From: Candidatus Saccharimonadota bacterium
GTDB taxonomy: Bacteria; Bacteroidota; Bacteroidia; Flavobacteriales; Blattabacteriaceae
DNA: 32,000 nucleotides
Assembly (NCBI RefSeq): GCF_002243425.1
Contig: NZ_CP021172.1
Span: forward strand, 186,035-218,034
Direction: 5' to 3'
Both the position numbers and the translations under genes were made by a program. Below, piece by piece: positions 18,691-28,607 of this stretch. Each line of letters begins with the position of its first letter. Positions within the stretch are counted from its first letter, which is position 1. The notes beneath the pieces were generated by a model. The model was not told the origin of the DNA. It saw nothing but the letters and a program-made list of their open reading frames with translations, and searched no databases.

Positions 18691-19692
18691 ATGAAAAAAA
18701 TTAATAATGATATATATTTAAAATGGTATAAAGATATGTCATTTTGGCGAAAATTTGAAGATAAATGTAGGTCTTTATACTTAAAACAAAAAATAAGAGG
18801 ATTTTTACATTTATATAATGGGCAAGAAGCTATACCTGCAGGTCTTGTTCATGCTATGGATCTTAAGAAAGATAAGATGATTACCGCTTATAGATGTCAT
18901 ATTTTAGCTATTGCTATGGGGGTAAACCCTAAAAAGATTATGGCTGAATTATTTGGTAAAAATACTGGAACTTCTTGTGGAATGGGGGGGTCCATGCATA
19001 TTTTTAGTAAAAAATATCGTTTTTATGGAGGTCATGGAATTGTTGGCGGACAAATACCTTTAGGAGCAGGAATTGCATTTGCTGATAAATATTTTTCTCG
19101 TGATGCTGTAACAATAACAATTATGGGGGATGGAGCTGTTAATCAAGGATCACTTCATGAAACTTTTAATATGGCAATGATTTGGAAATTACCTGTTGTG
19201 TTTATATGTGAAAATAATAGATATGCAATGGGAACTTCTGTAAAAAGAAGTTCTAATATTAAAGATATATATAAAATAGGTTTTTCATATAAAATGCCAT
19301 CTTTTTGTGTAGATGGAATGGATCCGTTAAAAATATATGAACATGCTTATAATGCAATATCAAGAGCTAGAAATGGTAATGGTCCTACATTTTTAGATAT
19401 TCTCACTTCTAGATATAGGGGACATTCTATGTCAGATGCAGAAACATATAGGAGTAAAAAAGAAGTAAATGAATCTAAAAATAGAGACCCTATTCTTCTT
19501 ATAAAGAAATTGATTTTAAAAAATCAAATAGTTACAGAAAAAGTTTTGAATTCATTTCAAGATGAAATTAATAAAAAAATTAATGAATGTGTTAAATTTG
19601 CAGAATTGTCAGATTATACAAATTTAGAAAAATTGTATAGTGTAGTTTATAATCAAAAAGATTATCCTTTTTTAGAAAAAAAAATAAATTAA
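18691..19692 (+). CDS. pdhA: Pyruvate dehydrogenase E1 component, alpha subunit
   Basis: LHLYNGQEAIPAG, YRCHI, and the TPP motif GDGAVNQGSLHETFNMAMIWKLPVVFICENNRYAMGT. Confidence 0.92.
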   Translation: MKKINNDIYLKWYKDMSFWRKFEDKCRSLYLKQKIRGFLHLYNGQEAIPAGLVHAMDLKKDKMITAYRCHILAIAMGVNPKKIMAELFGKNTGTSCGMGGSMHIFSKKYRFYGGHGIVGGQIPLGAGIAFADKYFSRDAVTITIMGDGAVNQGSLHETFNMAMIWKLPVVFICENNRYAMGTSVKRSSNIKDIYKIGFSYKMPSFCVDGMDPLKIYEHAYNAISRARNGNGPTFLDILTSRYRGHSMSDAETYRSKKEVNESKNRDPILLIKKLILKNQIVTEKVLNSFQDEINKKINECVKFAELSDYTNLEKLYSVVYNQKDYPFLEKKIN

Positions 19693-19698
19693 ATAAAT

Positions 19699-20820
19699 AT
19701 GGCAGAAGTTATATTTATGCCTCGTCTAACCGATACTATGGTAGTAGGTACTGTTGTAAAATGGCATAAAAAGATAGGTTCTAAAATTTTAGAAGGAGAT
19801 ATTTTAGCTGAAATAGAGACTGATAAAGCAATTCAGGAATTGGAAGCTGAATATAATTCTACATTGCTTTATATTGGAATAAAAGAAGGAGAAAGTGCCC
19901 CAGTAAATAGTGTATTAGCTATTTTAGGTTCTGAAAATGAAGATATTAGTTCTTTGCTAAAGCAAAAGAAAATTAATAATAATTATAAAAGAATTTTTAT
20001 TTCTCCTTTAGCTAAAAAATTAGCTTTTGATAAAGGCATATCATTAGATAATATTAAAGGTACTGGAATTAATGGACGAATTATAAAAAAAGATATAGAA
20101 AGATATATTGATAATAATTTAGATGATAAAAAAACAAATAGTTCTAATGAAGTTAACCATTCTAATATTAGAAAAATAATTAGCAAAAGATTAATTAATT
20201 CTAAAATTGAATCACCTCATTATTCTTTATTTATAGAAGTAATTATGGATAATTTAATTAAATTAAGAGACTCGATTAACGAAAAAAAATATTTAGATAA
20301 AATATCTTTTAATGATTTAATTGTGAAAGCTTCAGCTTTAGCTATAAAAGAAAATCCAAAAATAAATTCTTCTTGGACAGAAAAAAGTATATTATACCAT
20401 AATAATATAAATATAGGTATAGCAGTAGCATTAGAAGATGGTTTAATTGTTCCTGTAATTAATCAAGTAGATGAAAAATCTTTAAGACAAATTTCTTTTG
20501 AAATAAAAGAAAAAGTAATAAAAGCTAAAGAAAAAAAAATTAAATCTAATTCATTAGAAGGTAGTACTTTTACTGTTTCAAATCTTGGAATGTTTGGTAT
20601 AGATTCATTTACTTCTATTATAAATCAACCTAATTCTTGTATTTTATCTGTAGGAAGTATTAAAAAAAAACCTATTATAAATAATGATAAAATTGTAATA
20701 GGTCATACTACTAAATTTACATTAACATGTGATCATAGAATTATAGATGGTGCAGTAGGTAGTGATTATTTAAAAAGTTTAAAAAACTTATTACAAGAGC
20801 CATTAAATATTATTATTTAA
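19699..20820 (+). CDS. Dihydrolipoamide acetyltransferase (2-oxo acid dehydrogenase E2)
   Basis: Lipoyl domain MPRLTDTMVVGTVVKWHKK...EIETDKA, E3-binding ISPLAKKLAFDKGISLDNIKGTGINGRIIKKDI, and catalytic TCDHRIIDGAVG. Confidence 0.92.
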   Translation: MAEVIFMPRLTDTMVVGTVVKWHKKIGSKILEGDILAEIETDKAIQELEAEYNSTLLYIGIKEGESAPVNSVLAILGSENEDISSLLKQKKINNNYKRIFISPLAKKLAFDKGISLDNIKGTGINGRIIKKDIERYIDNNLDDKKTNSSNEVNHSNIRKIISKRLINSKIESPHYSLFIEVIMDNLIKLRDSINEKKYLDKISFNDLIVKASALAIKENPKINSSWTEKSILYHNNINIGIAVALEDGLIVPVINQVDEKSLRQISFEIKEKVIKAKEKKIKSNSLEGSTFTVSNLGMFGIDSFTSIINQPNSCILSVGSIKKKPIINNDKIVIGHTTKFTLTCDHRIIDGAVGSDYLKSLKNLLQEPLNIII

Positions 20821-21525
20821 TAATTTTAAATATATAATTGGAAGGATGAATATACTAAGACTAATTAAAGAAAATGAAATATTCAAAATTTTACTTTGTA
20901 AAAAAGTAGTAAAATAATCATCTGGATATAGAATCTCATAAATAGAAATGATTAATTTGAATCCTAATAATATTATTATAATAAATGCAGATTTTTCTAA
21001 AGAAGAATAGATTTTTTTAAATCTTAATATCTTTATTGTACTAATTCTTATTAAATAGAGACTGATAAAGATTCCTAAAACAATTAATAATGTATTATTG
21101 GAATAAGATAATCCTCCCAAAATGTTATCTATTGAAAAGAAAATATCTATTATTTCGATATAAATAATCGTTTTCCAAACTTTAAAATTTTTATTTAAAA
21201 ATATAAATGTTCTCTTTTTAGAGAGAAAATGATTAATTCCTAAATATATTAAGTATGAACCCCCAATTATCTTTAACAACCACATTTTCATTATTACAGA
21301 AGCAAAAAATAAAGAAATTATTCTAAATATATATGCACCTATAATACCATATTTTAACGCTTTTTTTCTATCTTCTTTATTAAGGTGACTAACCATAGTA
21401 GTTAATATTGCAGCATTATCTATAGATAATATAGCTTCTATTAAGACTAAGTTCAAAATTCTAGATATAGAATGTATAGGATTGTATACAATTTCTTTTA
21501 AAAGATTTATGAATAAATGTGACAT
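20803..21525 (-). CDS. TerC-family-like integral membrane protein
   Basis: Polytopic 240-aa protein with two internal repeats, each carrying an SIDN motif (IEAILSIDNAAIL and IDIFFSIDNILGG), typical of TerC/Alx-like transporters. Family assignment is by motif only. Confidence 0.6.
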   Translation of the reverse strand: MSHLFINLLKEIVYNPIHSISRILNLVLIEAILSIDNAAILTTMVSHLNKEDRKKALKYGIIGAYIFRIISLFFASVIMKMWLLKIIGGSYLIYLGINHFLSKKRTFIFLNKNFKVWKTIIYIEIIDIFFSIDNILGGLSYSNNTLLIVLGIFISLYLIRISTIKILRFKKIYSSLEKSAFIIIILLGFKLIISIYEILYPDDYFTTFLQSKILNISFSLISLSIFILPIIYLKLLNNNI

Positions 21526-21570
21526 TTAAGTTATAATTATGTTTTTTAAAAAATATATATACAAATAACA

Positions 21571-21879
21571 ATGTTATATGTATTTATAGAAGGTGGTGGC
21601 AATTCCTATGATATATATGGAACTTATTTTACATTAAATACAGCAATAGAAGTTATGGGATGGGAAAATATTCAGTATTTAGAGCGTAGTAGGTACTGGA
21701 GCTTTCTTATACCAGAAAAAAAAGTATAATTATTGTTTCTGAAGGCTAAATCTACAAAAAATCCTTATTATGAGATACGTAGATTAAGTCATACTACTTT
21801 TTCAGATAGTGTTCTTGCTAGTAGCTTTAATTTAAGGTAAAAAAAACGTAATGACCAGAATAAAAGTAAGATTTCCTAG
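21571..21879 (+). pseudogene. pfkA: 6-phosphofructokinase relic (about 100 of about 325 codons left, two in-frame TAA stops)
   Basis: One frame reads MLYVFIEGGGNSYDIYGTYFTLNTAIEVMGWENIQYLERSRYWSFLIPEKKV*LLFLKAKSTKNPYYEIRRLSHTTFSDSVLASSFNLR*. This is colinear with the PfkA blocks VVIGGDGSY, DNDIxGT, TALxTVVEA, VEVMGR, VVPE and DRILASRMG. It sits immediately upstream of gapA. Confidence 0.7.
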
Positions 21880-21924
21880 GCCTTAAAATTGATATAGATC
21901 TGATTAAGAGATCAGATATTATAG

Positions 21925-22962
<1,038 letters not shown>

Positions 22963-22966
22963 AAGT

Positions 22967-23392
22967 TTATTTAAAATTTGGAATTTCATTAAAAAAAATA
23001 ATAATATTATTTTTAATATCAATTTTCAAAATTATATTATTTATCCAATTAGTTATTATTAAAAAATAACTTTTAATATAAAAATTATATCTCATAATTT
23101 GAGATAATACTTTTTGTGAAAAAATACATGAAGATTTACATTCAATAAGAATATAAGGTTTTTTTTTTTTATAAACGATAATATCTATACGTGTTTTAAC
23201 ATTATTAAATAGAAAATATTTTTCTACAAAAATAGAAGATATATTATAGCCTTTATTATATATTAAATAATATAACATATGTTGTCTAACATATTCTTCT
23301 TTAGTAAGAAGATAATATTTCTTTCTAATAAGACAATAAATATATGTATTATTATTATGATATTTATATTCAAAGTTATATTTAATTTTCAT
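22967..23392 (-). CDS. Small HsdR_N-like (type I restriction enzyme R N-terminal / PD-(D/E)xK-like) domain protein of unknown function
   Basis: EEYVRQHMLYYLIYNKGYNISSIFVEKYF...RIDIIVYKKKKPYILIECKSS...QIMRYNFYIKSYFLIITN matches the stand-alone HsdR_N pattern (D...E-x-K core). No hsdM or hsdS partner is in the window. Divergent from holA. Confidence 0.6.
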   Translation of the reverse strand: MKIKYNFEYKYHNNNTYIYCLIRKKYYLLTKEEYVRQHMLYYLIYNKGYNISSIFVEKYFLFNNVKTRIDIIVYKKKKPYILIECKSSCIFSQKVLSQIMRYNFYIKSYFLIITNWINNIILKIDIKNNIIIFFNEIPNFK

Positions 23393-23402
23393 ATTAATTA
23401 AA

Positions 23403-24257
23403 ATGTTTTTAAAATATAAACAAAAATTACTTAAAGATTTAAAAAATAAAAAAATAAAACCTATTTATTTTCTAATGGGGGAAGAAAGATATTTAATATC
23501 TAATTTATATCATTCAATTGAATTTTTTTTTAAAGAAAAAAAAATATTATATGGATATGATCTAGATATTAATAATCTAATTATTATTGCAAAACAAATA
23601 TCTATCTCTGTATATAATTTAATTATTGTAAAAGAAGCACAATATTTATCAAACAGTATTGAAAATTTATATAAATTATTAATTTCTCCTATTGAGAATA
23701 CAATACTAATTATTTGTTATAACAATAAAGTTATTGATAAAAACACTAATTTTTATAAAAAAATAAAAAAAAATGGATTTATATATAAAAGTGTAAAATT
23801 AAAAAAAAAAGAAATATTTAATATAATTAAATATGAATTTGAATATATAGGATATATTATTACTGATAATACTGTTAGTTTTATAATAAAAAATTTAGGT
23901 GAAGATTTCTATCAAATAAATAATGAAATCAATAAAATGATTTTGAATAAAAAAAGATATAAATATTTTATAAAAAAACAAATATATAAATATTCTAAAT
24001 TAGAAACATATATAGTTGAAAAACAATTTATAAAAGCTTATAAAACAATTTTTTATTTAAAAAATTGTACAATTAGTATTGTATTAAAACAAATTTTTAC
24101 GTTTATTATAAGTATAATTAAATTTAATTTAATTACGTTAATGAATAAAAACAAAAAAAAAGATCCATTAAATAAAATTCTCTCAGAGATAAGAGATACT
24201 GAAATAAATGATGAATATATTATAAAATTACTTTTGTATAAATTATTTAATAATTAA
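23403..24257 (+). CDS. holA: DNA polymerase III delta subunit
   Basis: N-terminus KKIKPIYFLMGEERYLISNL, then IIVKEAQYL and LIICYNNK blocks typical of HolA. Length 284 aa. Highly diverged. Confidence 0.7.
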   Translation: MFLKYKQKLLKDLKNKKIKPIYFLMGEERYLISNLYHSIEFFFKEKKILYGYDLDINNLIIIAKQISISVYNLIIVKEAQYLSNSIENLYKLLISPIENTILIICYNNKVIDKNTNFYKKIKKNGFIYKSVKLKKKEIFNIIKYEFEYIGYIITDNTVSFIIKNLGEDFYQINNEINKMILNKKRYKYFIKKQIYKYSKLETYIVEKQFIKAYKTIFYLKNCTISIVLKQIFTFIISIIKFNLITLMNKNKKKDPLNKILSEIRDTEINDEYIIKLLLYKLFNN

Positions 24258-24265
24258 TTTAAAGT

Positions 24266-24985
24266 ATGAAAAAAAATATACTTACTATTTATGGAATAAA
24301 CCCTTTATATGAAGCAATAAAATATAAAAAAAAAATTTATAAAATATTCATAATAAAAAAATTTATTAATTTGAAATTAAAAAAAATCATAAAATTTTCT
24401 TATTTAAAAAAAATTCCAATTTTTGAAATATTTAAAAAAAATAATAAAAATAATCAAGGAGTATTTGCAATTATTGATCCTATAGAATTCTATAAAATAG
24501 AAGATATAATACCTAATATTTATTATAATGGAAAAATTCCATTGTTACTAATTTTAGATAGTATAACAGATGTTAGAAATTTTGGTTCTATTGTTAGAAC
24601 TTCAGCTTGTACTGGTGTAGATGCTATTATTATATCTAATAACAAGATAGTAAATAGTGATTCTATCAAAACGTCATCAGGTGGCCTTTTTAAAGTCCCA
24701 ATTTGTAAAGAAAAAAATATTATTAAAATAATTAAAATTTTAAAAAATTATGGAATTCAAATTATAGCTGTAACAGAAAAAACAGATTATATATGCTATA
24801 ATATTAATTATAGAAATCCTACAGCTTTTATATTAGGAAGTGAAGAAAAGGGGATATCAATAAATTATTTATCTATTTGTAATAATAGAGTTAAATTACC
24901 TTTAATAAAAAATTCTTTAACATCTTTAAATGTTTCAGTAGCTTGTGGTGCTATTTTATATGAAGCTCTTAGACAAAGACTTTAG
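24266..24985 (+). CDS. rlmB: SpoU/TrmH-family RNA 2'-O-methyltransferase (RlmB-like)
   Basis: N-terminal IYGINPLYEAIKY substrate-binding-type segment. SpoU motifs LILDSITDVRNFGSIVRTS, AFILGSEEKGIS and SLNVSVACGAILYE. Confidence 0.75.
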   Translation: MKKNILTIYGINPLYEAIKYKKKIYKIFIIKKFINLKLKKIIKFSYLKKIPIFEIFKKNNKNNQGVFAIIDPIEFYKIEDIIPNIYYNGKIPLLLILDSITDVRNFGSIVRTSACTGVDAIIISNNKIVNSDSIKTSSGGLFKVPICKEKNIIKIIKILKNYGIQIIAVTEKTDYICYNINYRNPTAFILGSEEKGISINYLSICNNRVKLPLIKNSLTSLNVSVACGAILYEALRQRL

Positions 24986-25954
24986 TTAAAATTCTTTTTT
25001 AAATTGTTTTAAAAATCTTAAATCATTTTCAAAAAAATATCTTATATCATTGATTTTATAAATCATTAATGTTATACGTTCTATTCCCATACCAAAAGCA
25101 AAACCTGAATATAGATCAGGATCTATATTCACATTTTTTAAAACAATAGGATCTACCATTCCACATCCAATTATTTCAAGCCATTTATTATTCCATAATA
25201 TATCTAATTCTGCGCTTGGTTCTGTAAATGGAAAATAAGATGGTCTGAATCTAGTTATTGATTTACCAAAAAAATTTTTAATAAAAAAATTAATAGTAGA
25301 TTTCAAATCTTTAAATGAGACTTTTTTATCTAAATATAATCCTTCTATTTGATGAAACATACAATGAGAATAGGCAGAAATTTTTTCATTTCTATAAACC
25401 CTACCTGGTGAAATTATTCTTATAGGAGGTTTATTTTTTTCCATATATCTTATCTGTACTGAAGATGTATGTGTTCTTAATAATTTATTACTTTTTTTTA
25501 TAAAAAAAGTATCTTGCATTTCTCTAGCTGGATGATAATATGGAAAATTTAATGCTGTAAAATTATACCAATCATATTCTATTTCTGGGCCTTCACAAAT
25601 TTTAAATCCTATTTTATTAAAGAGATTTATAATCCTATGTTTAATTATAGAAATAGGATGTCTAGATCCTAATTTGTTTTTTTTTCCAGGTTTTGTTAAA
25701 TCATCTATTTCTAAATCATCTATTATTATTTTTTTTTTTTTTAAAATTAAGTTTTTAATTTTTTTTTTTAATAGATTAAGTGATAATCCTATATTTCTTT
25801 TTTCATTATAATCAATTTTTTTCAATTCTTTAAATAAAGAATTTAAAATTCCTTTTTTACCTAAAAATTTTATTCTAAAAAATTCTAATTCTGAAGCAGA
25901 ATTTATATTAATTATATCTAATTCTTTATTTAGATTTTTAATTTTATTTAACAT
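24986..25954 (-). CDS. pheS: Phenylalanine--tRNA ligase alpha subunit
   Basis: [10 protein letters not shown], class II motif 2 [14 protein letters not shown], and motif 3 [11 protein letters not shown]. Confidence 0.94.
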   Translation of the reverse strand: MLNKIKNLNKELDIININSASELEFFRIKFLGKKGILNSLFKELKKIDYNEKRNIGLSLNLLKKKIKNLILKKKKIIIDDLEIDDLTKPGKKNKLGSRHPISIIKHRIINLFNKIGFKICEGPEIEYDWYNFTALNFPYYHPAREMQDTFFIKKSNKLLRTHTSSVQIRYMEKNKPPIRIISPGRVYRNEKISAYSHCMFHQIEGLYLDKKVSFKDLKSTINFFIKNFFGKSITRFRPSYFPFTEPSAELDILWNNKWLEIIGCGMVDPIVLKNVNIDPDLYSGFAFGMGIERITLMIYKINDIRYFFENDLRFLKQFKKEF

Positions 25955-25967
25955 AATACTTTTTTAT

Positions 25968-27233
25968 TTAGATAAGTATATCAAATAAATCTGGGTTATC
26001 ATTAATATATTGATAATGTATATTATAATGTTTCATTTTTTTAATCATTCCTGAAAAATCTTCTTTATCTGATAATTCTATTCCTATTACAGCTGGACCT
26101 TCTTCTTTAGAAGTTTTTTTAGAATATTGAAAATATGTGATATCATCATTGGGACCTAAAATAGTACTTACAAATTCTTTAAGTGCTCCAGCACGTTGAG
26201 GAAATCTAACTAAAAAATAATGTTTTAATCCTTTATAGATCAAAGATCTTTTTCTAATTTCTTCCGTTCTGATAATATCATTATTTCCTCCACTTAATAT
26301 ACAAACTACATTTTTATTTTTTATTTTATCAGAATAAATATCTAATGCTGATATAGATAAAGCACCAGCAGGCTCTGCTACGATTGCTTCTAAATTATAT
26401 AAATCAAGTATTGTTGTACAAACTTTTCCTTCATGTAAAGGTTTTATATCATATAAAACTTTTTTACAAATCTTAAAATTTAATAATCCTACTTTTTTTA
26501 CAGATGCACCATCTATAAATTTATCTATATTTTTTAATTCAATTACTTTATTTTCAATAAATGAAAAACTCATAGAAGGTGCTCCTTTAGGTTCTACACC
26601 TATTATTTTAGTATATGGACTTATATGATAAAAATAACTTCCTACTCCAGATGCTAATCCACCACCTCCAACAGGAAGAAAAATATAATCTATCTTATCT
26701 TTCATTTGTTGTAAAATTTCTAATCCTACTGTTCCTTGTCCTTCTATAATTCTTTTATCATCAAATGGATGTATAAATTGTTTTTTCTCTTTTTTACAAG
26801 ATTTAAATGCTTTATAACTACATTCATCAAATGTATCTCCTGTTAATATTATATTAATATAATGTTTTCCAAACATTTTAACTCTATCTATTTTTTGTTT
26901 GGGAGTAGTTATAGGCATATATATTGTACCAAATATTTTTAATTTATTACATGAAAATGCTACACCTTGTGCATGATTACCTGCACTTGCACATACAATC
27001 CCATTTTTCAGATCATCATTTGATATACTTTTAATTTTATTGTATGCACCTCTAATTTTATATGATCTTACAATTTGTAAATCTTCTCTTTTTAAGAAAA
27101 GATTACATTTATATTTTTCTGATAAAATTGTATTTTTTTGTAAAGGAGTATTATAGATTATATCTTTTAATATATATTTTGCTTCTATTATATCTTTAAC
27201 TGATGGAAAATATTCGTTTATTGATGAATTCAC
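25968..27233 (-). CDS. ilvA: Threonine dehydratase (biosynthetic, with C-terminal regulatory domain)
   Basis: PLP site LQIVRSYKIRGAYN, SAGNHAQGVA, and GGGGLASG. The only in-frame start at the N-terminus is GTG at 27233. Confidence 0.92.
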   Translation of the reverse strand: MNSSINEYFPSVKDIIEAKYILKDIIYNTPLQKNTILSEKYKCNLFLKREDLQIVRSYKIRGAYNKIKSISNDDLKNGIVCASAGNHAQGVAFSCNKLKIFGTIYMPITTPKQKIDRVKMFGKHYINIILTGDTFDECSYKAFKSCKKEKKQFIHPFDDKRIIEGQGTVGLEILQQMKDKIDYIFLPVGGGGLASGVGSYFYHISPYTKIIGVEPKGAPSMSFSFIENKVIELKNIDKFIDGASVKKVGLLNFKICKKVLYDIKPLHEGKVCTTILDLYNLEAIVAEPAGALSISALDIYSDKIKNKNVVCILSGGNNDIIRTEEIRKRSLIYKGLKHYFLVRFPQRAGALKEFVSTILGPNDDITYFQYSKKTSKEEGPAVIGIELSDKEDFSGMIKKMKHYNIHYQYINDNPDLFDILI

Positions 27234-27263
27234 TTATTTATAAATTATATATTATTAAAGTAA

Positions 27264-27297
27264 AGGCTTATTTTTTTACTTTATTTAAAATAAGCCT
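27264..27297 (-). terminator. Perfect 11-bp-stem hairpin between ilvC and ilvA (possible attenuating terminator or mRNA-processing/stability element)
   Basis: AGGCTTATTTT (27264-27274), 12-nt loop, AAAATAAGCCT (27287-27297). On the operon (minus) strand it is followed by UUUACUUUAAU. It is the only GC-anchored structure in this spacer. Confidence 0.4.
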
Positions 27298-27307
27298 AAA
27301 TTATTAA

Positions 27308-28342
27308 TTATGGTCTTAGTTTACGTACTATTTCACCTGTTTTCCATAATTCACTTTCTTTAATTTCTTTTAATTCTTTTTTAAGATTTTCTCTATAATC
27401 ATTTTTACTATTTGATAGTATAGTTTTTTCAGCTTCTTTTCCTGAAGAAACTTTTTTATAAAGATTCCTAAATATTGGAAGATTAATATCTCTAAATTTT
27501 TTCCACCAATCTAAAGCTCCTCTTTGGGCAGTTGTAGAACAATTTTCATACATCCAATCCATTCCTTTTTCTGCTATTAAAGGCATCAGACTTTGTGTTA
27601 ATTCTTCTACAGTTTCATTAAATGCTTCTGATGGCGAATGACCATTTTCTCTTAAAACTTGATATTGAGCAGAAAAAATTCCTTGTATAGCACCCATTAG
27701 AGTGCCTCTCTCTCCTGTTAAATCAGAATAAACTTCTTTTTGAAACGTTGTTTCAAATAAATAAGCTGATCCTATTCCAATTCCTATTGATAAAGCTCTT
27801 TGTTTTGCTTTTCCAGTATAATTTTGATATATAGCATAACTTGAATTAAGGCCTTTTCCTTCTTTTAAGAGTCTTCTTAAACTAGTTCCTGACCCTTTTG
27901 GGGCAACAAGAAATATATCTATATTTTTGGGAGGTAAAATATTTGTTTTTTTATTAAAAGTTAATCCAAAACCATGTGAAAAGTATAAACCTTTTCCTTC
28001 AGAAAAATATTTTTTTATTTTTGGCCATACAGCAATTTGCCCAGCATCAGATAATAAAAACATTATTATTGTACTTTTTTCTACTCCTTCTTCTATAGAA
28101 AATAATGTTTTATTTTCTATCCAACCATCTTGTAAAGCCTTTTCCCATGATTTGGAATTTTTTCTTTGCCCGACTATTACATTAAATCCATTATCACGTA
28201 AATTAAGTGCTTGTCCAGGACCTTGAACTCCATAACCTAATACACATATAGTTTCATTTAATAGAAAATCTATAGCTTTTTCTAAAGAAAAATCTTTTCT
28301 TGTTATAATTTCTTCTTCTATATTTCCAAATTTTAATTTCAT
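27308..28342 (-). CDS. ilvC: Ketol-acid reductoisomerase (short, class I)
   Basis: LGYGVQGPGQALNLRDNGFNV Rossmann motif, SHGF, CSTTAQRGALDW. Confidence 0.94.
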   Translation of the reverse strand: MKLKFGNIEEEIITRKDFSLEKAIDFLLNETICVLGYGVQGPGQALNLRDNGFNVIVGQRKNSKSWEKALQDGWIENKTLFSIEEGVEKSTIIMFLLSDAGQIAVWPKIKKYFSEGKGLYFSHGFGLTFNKKTNILPPKNIDIFLVAPKGSGTSLRRLLKEGKGLNSSYAIYQNYTGKAKQRALSIGIGIGSAYLFETTFQKEVYSDLTGERGTLMGAIQGIFSAQYQVLRENGHSPSEAFNETVEELTQSLMPLIAEKGMDWMYENCSTTAQRGALDWWKKFRDINLPIFRNLYKKVSSGKEAEKTILSNSKNDYRENLKKELKEIKESELWKTGEIVRKLRP

Positions 28343-28351
28343 AAATTAATT

Positions 28352-28603
28352 TTATTTTAAATTATAAAAATAAATTTTTTTTATTCCTATAATTCTTTTT
28401 ATTTGTTTAATAATTTTATTAAAATTATATATTTTATAATTTTTTATTTCAATTTTTATAATGTATACATAATTAGTATATAATTTTTTATTTATTAAAA
28501 TAATATTATTAATATTAATATTTCTTCTATTAAAGATTAGAATAATTCTTATTAAGAAACCTATTATATTATCTGATATAATTATTATATTTATTTTTTT
28601 CAT
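28352..28603 (-). CDS. ilvN: Acetolactate synthase small (regulatory) subunit, reduced to a single ACT-like domain (83 aa)
   Basis: Position between ilvB and ilvC. IIIISDNIIGFLIRIILIFNRRNININNI...IIKQIKRIIGIKKI follows the ACT pattern (VxNxxGVLxRxxxLFxRRxxNIxS...QLxKLxxV). Extremely low complexity. Confidence 0.65.
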   Translation of the reverse strand: MKKINIIIISDNIIGFLIRIILIFNRRNININNIILINKKLYTNYVYIIKIEIKNYKIYNFNKIIKQIKRIIGIKKIYFYNLK

Positions 28604-28607
28604 AAAA

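Noticed and set aside
21571-21729. A 52-codon ATG-initiated ORF (MLYVFIEGGGNSYDIYGT...IPEKKV) that could be called a novel small protein.
   Set aside because: Its sequence is explained as fused fragments of PfkA motifs, and the same frame continues with further PfkA-like blocks past the stop. It is best read as part of a pseudogene.
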